Assembly (NCBI RefSeq): GCF_001194135.2 | Contig: NC_068985.1 | Span: 58,824,129-58,863,402 of the forward strand | DNA length: 39,274 nt | Reading direction: 5' to 3' | Origin: Octopus bimaculoides | Lineage: Eukaryota | In this document: positions 36,340 to 39,274 of the stretch, in pieces | Layout: the number at the start of each line of letters is the position of its first letter | How positions within the stretch are numbered: the first letter of the stretch is position 1 | Position numbers and translations under genes: made by a program | Notes under the pieces: generated by a model | The model's input: the letters and a program-made list of their open reading frames with translations, nothing else | What the model was told of the DNA's origin: nothing | Databases searched by the model: none

Positions 36340-36490
36340 GACAGAAATAGGAGACTGCACGAATTTCTTCACTATTCAGTGATCTCTTCCCTGTATTTTT
36401 GATATTTCCATGGTAGTTCTTCCTTTTCCAAGCTCTGACACGATGGTAAACTTCTCATTTGAGGTACGATAATATTTCTGACCCATATTG
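36340..36490 (-). mobile_element. Tc1-like transposase N-terminal HTH fragment
   Basis: ATG at 36486 gives MGQKYYRTSNEKFTIVSELGKGRTTMEISKIQGRDH*IVKKFVQS, resembling Tc1-family MGKK.DL...EK..IV..L..G..T.EIS..L.RDHRTVKKFV. No catalytic domain follows. Confidence 0.65.
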
Positions 36491-36742
36491 ACACTTAAAT
36501 TGGGCGTCTGCCTCATAATTTAGGACAGCAGAAATGTTGTTGCTACACGATAATGGCCACCGTTTGTTTTCATCTGCGCAGATCCACATTTTAAGAGAAT
36601 GTGCGCAGATAGGTGTTGGCAGCTGTCAGTGGGGAAACAAATATACATTTATATATTGAGAGAAGGATGATTTGCCTAATAATGCGGGACGCAGTGTATT
36701 CTCTTATTGAGCTCTGTAGTAGAGTAACACTTTTCTCTTAAG

Positions 36743-36744
<2 letters not shown>

Positions 36745-36805
<61 letters not shown>

Positions 36806-36866
36806 ATATGTGTGTGTGTGTGTGTGCATATATGTGTGTCTGTGTCTGTGTGTGTTTGTGTATGTG
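36745..36866. repeat. (TA)n/(TG)n microsatellite
   Basis: Direct reading. Confidence 0.95.
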
Positions 36867-37065
36867 TTCAAATAACCAGCGTATTAGAATCGCTACAACT
36901 AAGTGAAATATGTATGTAAATATACATACATATGCGTGTGTGTACTTGTATGTGTGTCTGTATGCATACTTGTCAAATCGGTGTGCAGGGACAGTTTACA
37001 ACATTAGGGGTAGTCGATCCTATAGCTTTGTACGTTTATAATTTATCACAATCGAGAACCATGCA

Positions 37066-38864
37066 CTGAAATTGCATCACAGAAAGAAAATATAGTTCCA
37101 CAACATTCTGTGCGGGGCATGTACCTGCTTCAAAGATTATTCACCTCTTGAGCGGCCGTTGAACTAATGATAGTCATTATTTGACCCACAGAATATGATG
37201 AAGCAGCTGAAATATCAATGATTGATATATGAAATATTCAAGAGTGTACAAAGGAAAGAAGTGGCATTTTATATATGTGCATATGCATGTGTGAGTATCT
37301 TCGTCAGTGAACGGTTTGCTTGATTGTGCTTGTTAGGGTGCATATATGTGTATTGGCGTGTGTCCTTGTCCAGACGTTGCAGTTGTGATTGGACATTCGG
37401 AATTGTATCATTGTTCTCTTTAATTAAAAGTTATTTAATAAATTCTATCTACTCGGCGAAGAATATTTTATTTAAAACCGTCAAATTGGCTCGCACTGTT
37501 TACTATCTAATAAACTAATTTTATTTAAACTTTTAATTAACGGCATTTTTATCTCCTATCTCATGGGAATATTACCAATTCTTCTCCAACAATGAAGTTG
37601 CTGTATAAAAGTCATCACATAGTGTTTTCACACCGCTGTTTTTAATGGACTTAGTAGAAAGTACATGTATTGGACGTTTGTCAAAATTGTCTGGTCAAAG
37701 TTTGTATGTATTATTTTATAATTGAATGAATCGACACAAGTAAATTACTGGTTGTTATAACCGTATGTTGGAGTTCTGATAAAAGAAAGGAAATTCTGCA
37801 ACGCATTTGGTCGCAATCGTTGTTGGCTAGACACCTTTTGAGATTAATATTGATCTCATACCTAGGTGAAATCTGTACAGTATTACAACAGATGTTCAGT
37901 TGATAAGAGCTAAAAGAAATTCATTTCCTGTTTTTATTTAATCGACGTGGCAACGAATGGCCGAATTTGTGCCTTGGGACATAGGAATTGGAATTTAAAT
38001 TAACTTCTAATTCGTTTACACTAGCTACTGTGCTAGTCATACGTCTAACTAGCTTTTGTGGAAAGATATAAAATTCCATGGTTTAAGTAGAATTATTTCT
38101 AGTAAAATTCTAAGAGAATGTCTATATCAACGTCTTCCTTGTGTTTTATAAATATACGGAGCATTTGTGAATCGCCAAGAAATGTAAAGGGCAATAAGTA
38201 CCATTGGCCTGCAAATAATCACTGGAGACGATTGGCCTAGTGGTTAGGATATGCGATTCATGATTATATCGCAGTGCTTTCGATTCCTTGACCAGGTAGT
38301 ACGTTTTATCCCTAAACAACCCACTTAATTTCACTTAGCTCCAGTCCAATCTGATGGAAATTATTACTAGATGAGTACTGCTCCAACATCGTGTACCTGC
38401 AGCTATCATAAGCACAATGTTCCGCAGAAATTGTTTGGGAGGTTCTAGATGAGTTCTGTTTCTCCTACTGACTGCCCAGTCACCTAAAGAAATTTAGTGT
38501 AAACATGGTATCTGCTTGCCAGTAACTTCTAATATTCAGTATATAGACATTAGAACTCAACAGTAATTTATTCCTATAGTGTCACAGTCCAAAGGAAACT
38601 CAAGAAAAAACTCTGGATATAATTTCTAGCTGTGTAATCTAATTTTCCTGTCTAAAGCGGTGGGAACAGCTACTCTAATGGCCCCTATCAAACAATATGA
38701 GTGGCAATTTGAAAAAGGAAATTAAACAAGGTAACTGATAGGAAATCAAACCCCATAAATATCTCTTATCGTCACCGCTCAAGAGGTGAATAACCTTCGA
38801 AGCAGGTACATGCTTCGCACAGAATGTTGTGGAACTATATTTTCTTTCTGCGATGCAATTTCAG
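37066..38864. repeat. Inverted repeat pair, 90-bp arms (37066-37155 and 38775-38864), 85/90 identical
   Basis: Manual alignment of the left arm to the reverse complement of the right arm gives 5 mismatches and no indels. Confidence 0.92.
38222..38365 (+). mobile_element. Degenerate SINE head, family C-like
   Basis: TGGCCTAGTGGTTAGG (A-box), TTCGATTCC (B-box-like), CACTTAATTTCACTTAGCTCCAGTCCA (central-domain-like). Confidence 0.55.
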
Positions 38865-39120
38865 AGAATTCTTTCTGCGAGGATTATTGTCAGAGAATTC
38901 CTGCCATTCTGTCTTCACAGGAAATATTGCATAATTCGCTCCAGTAATAATCTATCGGACATTATGTCTCCTCGTTTTCAAGACACGTAAGGTAGGATGT
39001 GCTTAGAGGAATGTTTGAATCCTATTTAAATTCGGTCACAGAAAGTCGTTAGTAAATTGATGCCTACTATCGCCATTAGCAACATAGCGTTGTGTCCTAT
39101 ATATGTATTTAAATCATTTT

Positions 39121-39146
39121 GTACATATACATATACATACATACAT

Positions 39147-39228
<82 letters not shown>

Positions 39229-39274
39229 GTATGTATCCATACGTTGTATATATATATATATATATATATATATG
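39121..39274. repeat. (CATA)/(CA)n/(TA)n compound microsatellite
   Basis: Direct reading. Confidence 0.95.

Overview
This is AT-rich eukaryotic draft-assembly DNA with 11 N-gaps (about 3.4 kb), mostly flanked by microsatellites. It is dominated by simple repeats and decayed transposable elements. The SINE families and repeat style resemble octopus/coleoid cephalopod DNA; that is my recollection, not a database result. No host protein-coding gene can be confidently identified, and most ORFs in the supplied track are artefacts of microsatellites or N-runs. Supported elements are: an R4/Dong-clade fragment abutting a (TAA)n tract; an L1/Tx1 3' fragment with a CCHC knuckle; an RTE LINE (endonuclease plus start of RT); three Penelope-like (PLE) pieces (RT, and two different GIY-YIG ends, one in a fold-back arrangement); a near full-length DD41D Tc1/mariner with degenerate TIRs and TA TSD; a Tc1-like HTH fragment; and three tRNA-derived SINE families. 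The most interesting signals are four hammerhead-ribozyme-like motifs at PLE-type termini, including a non-canonical CUGUCGA-A class seen twice (all copies are damaged at core residues); the PLE fold-back; a 90-bp, 94%-identical inverted repeat pair bounding 1.8 kb; and three back-to-back palindromes at 7099-7140. I see nothing that establishes a new functional system, only candidates worth testing.
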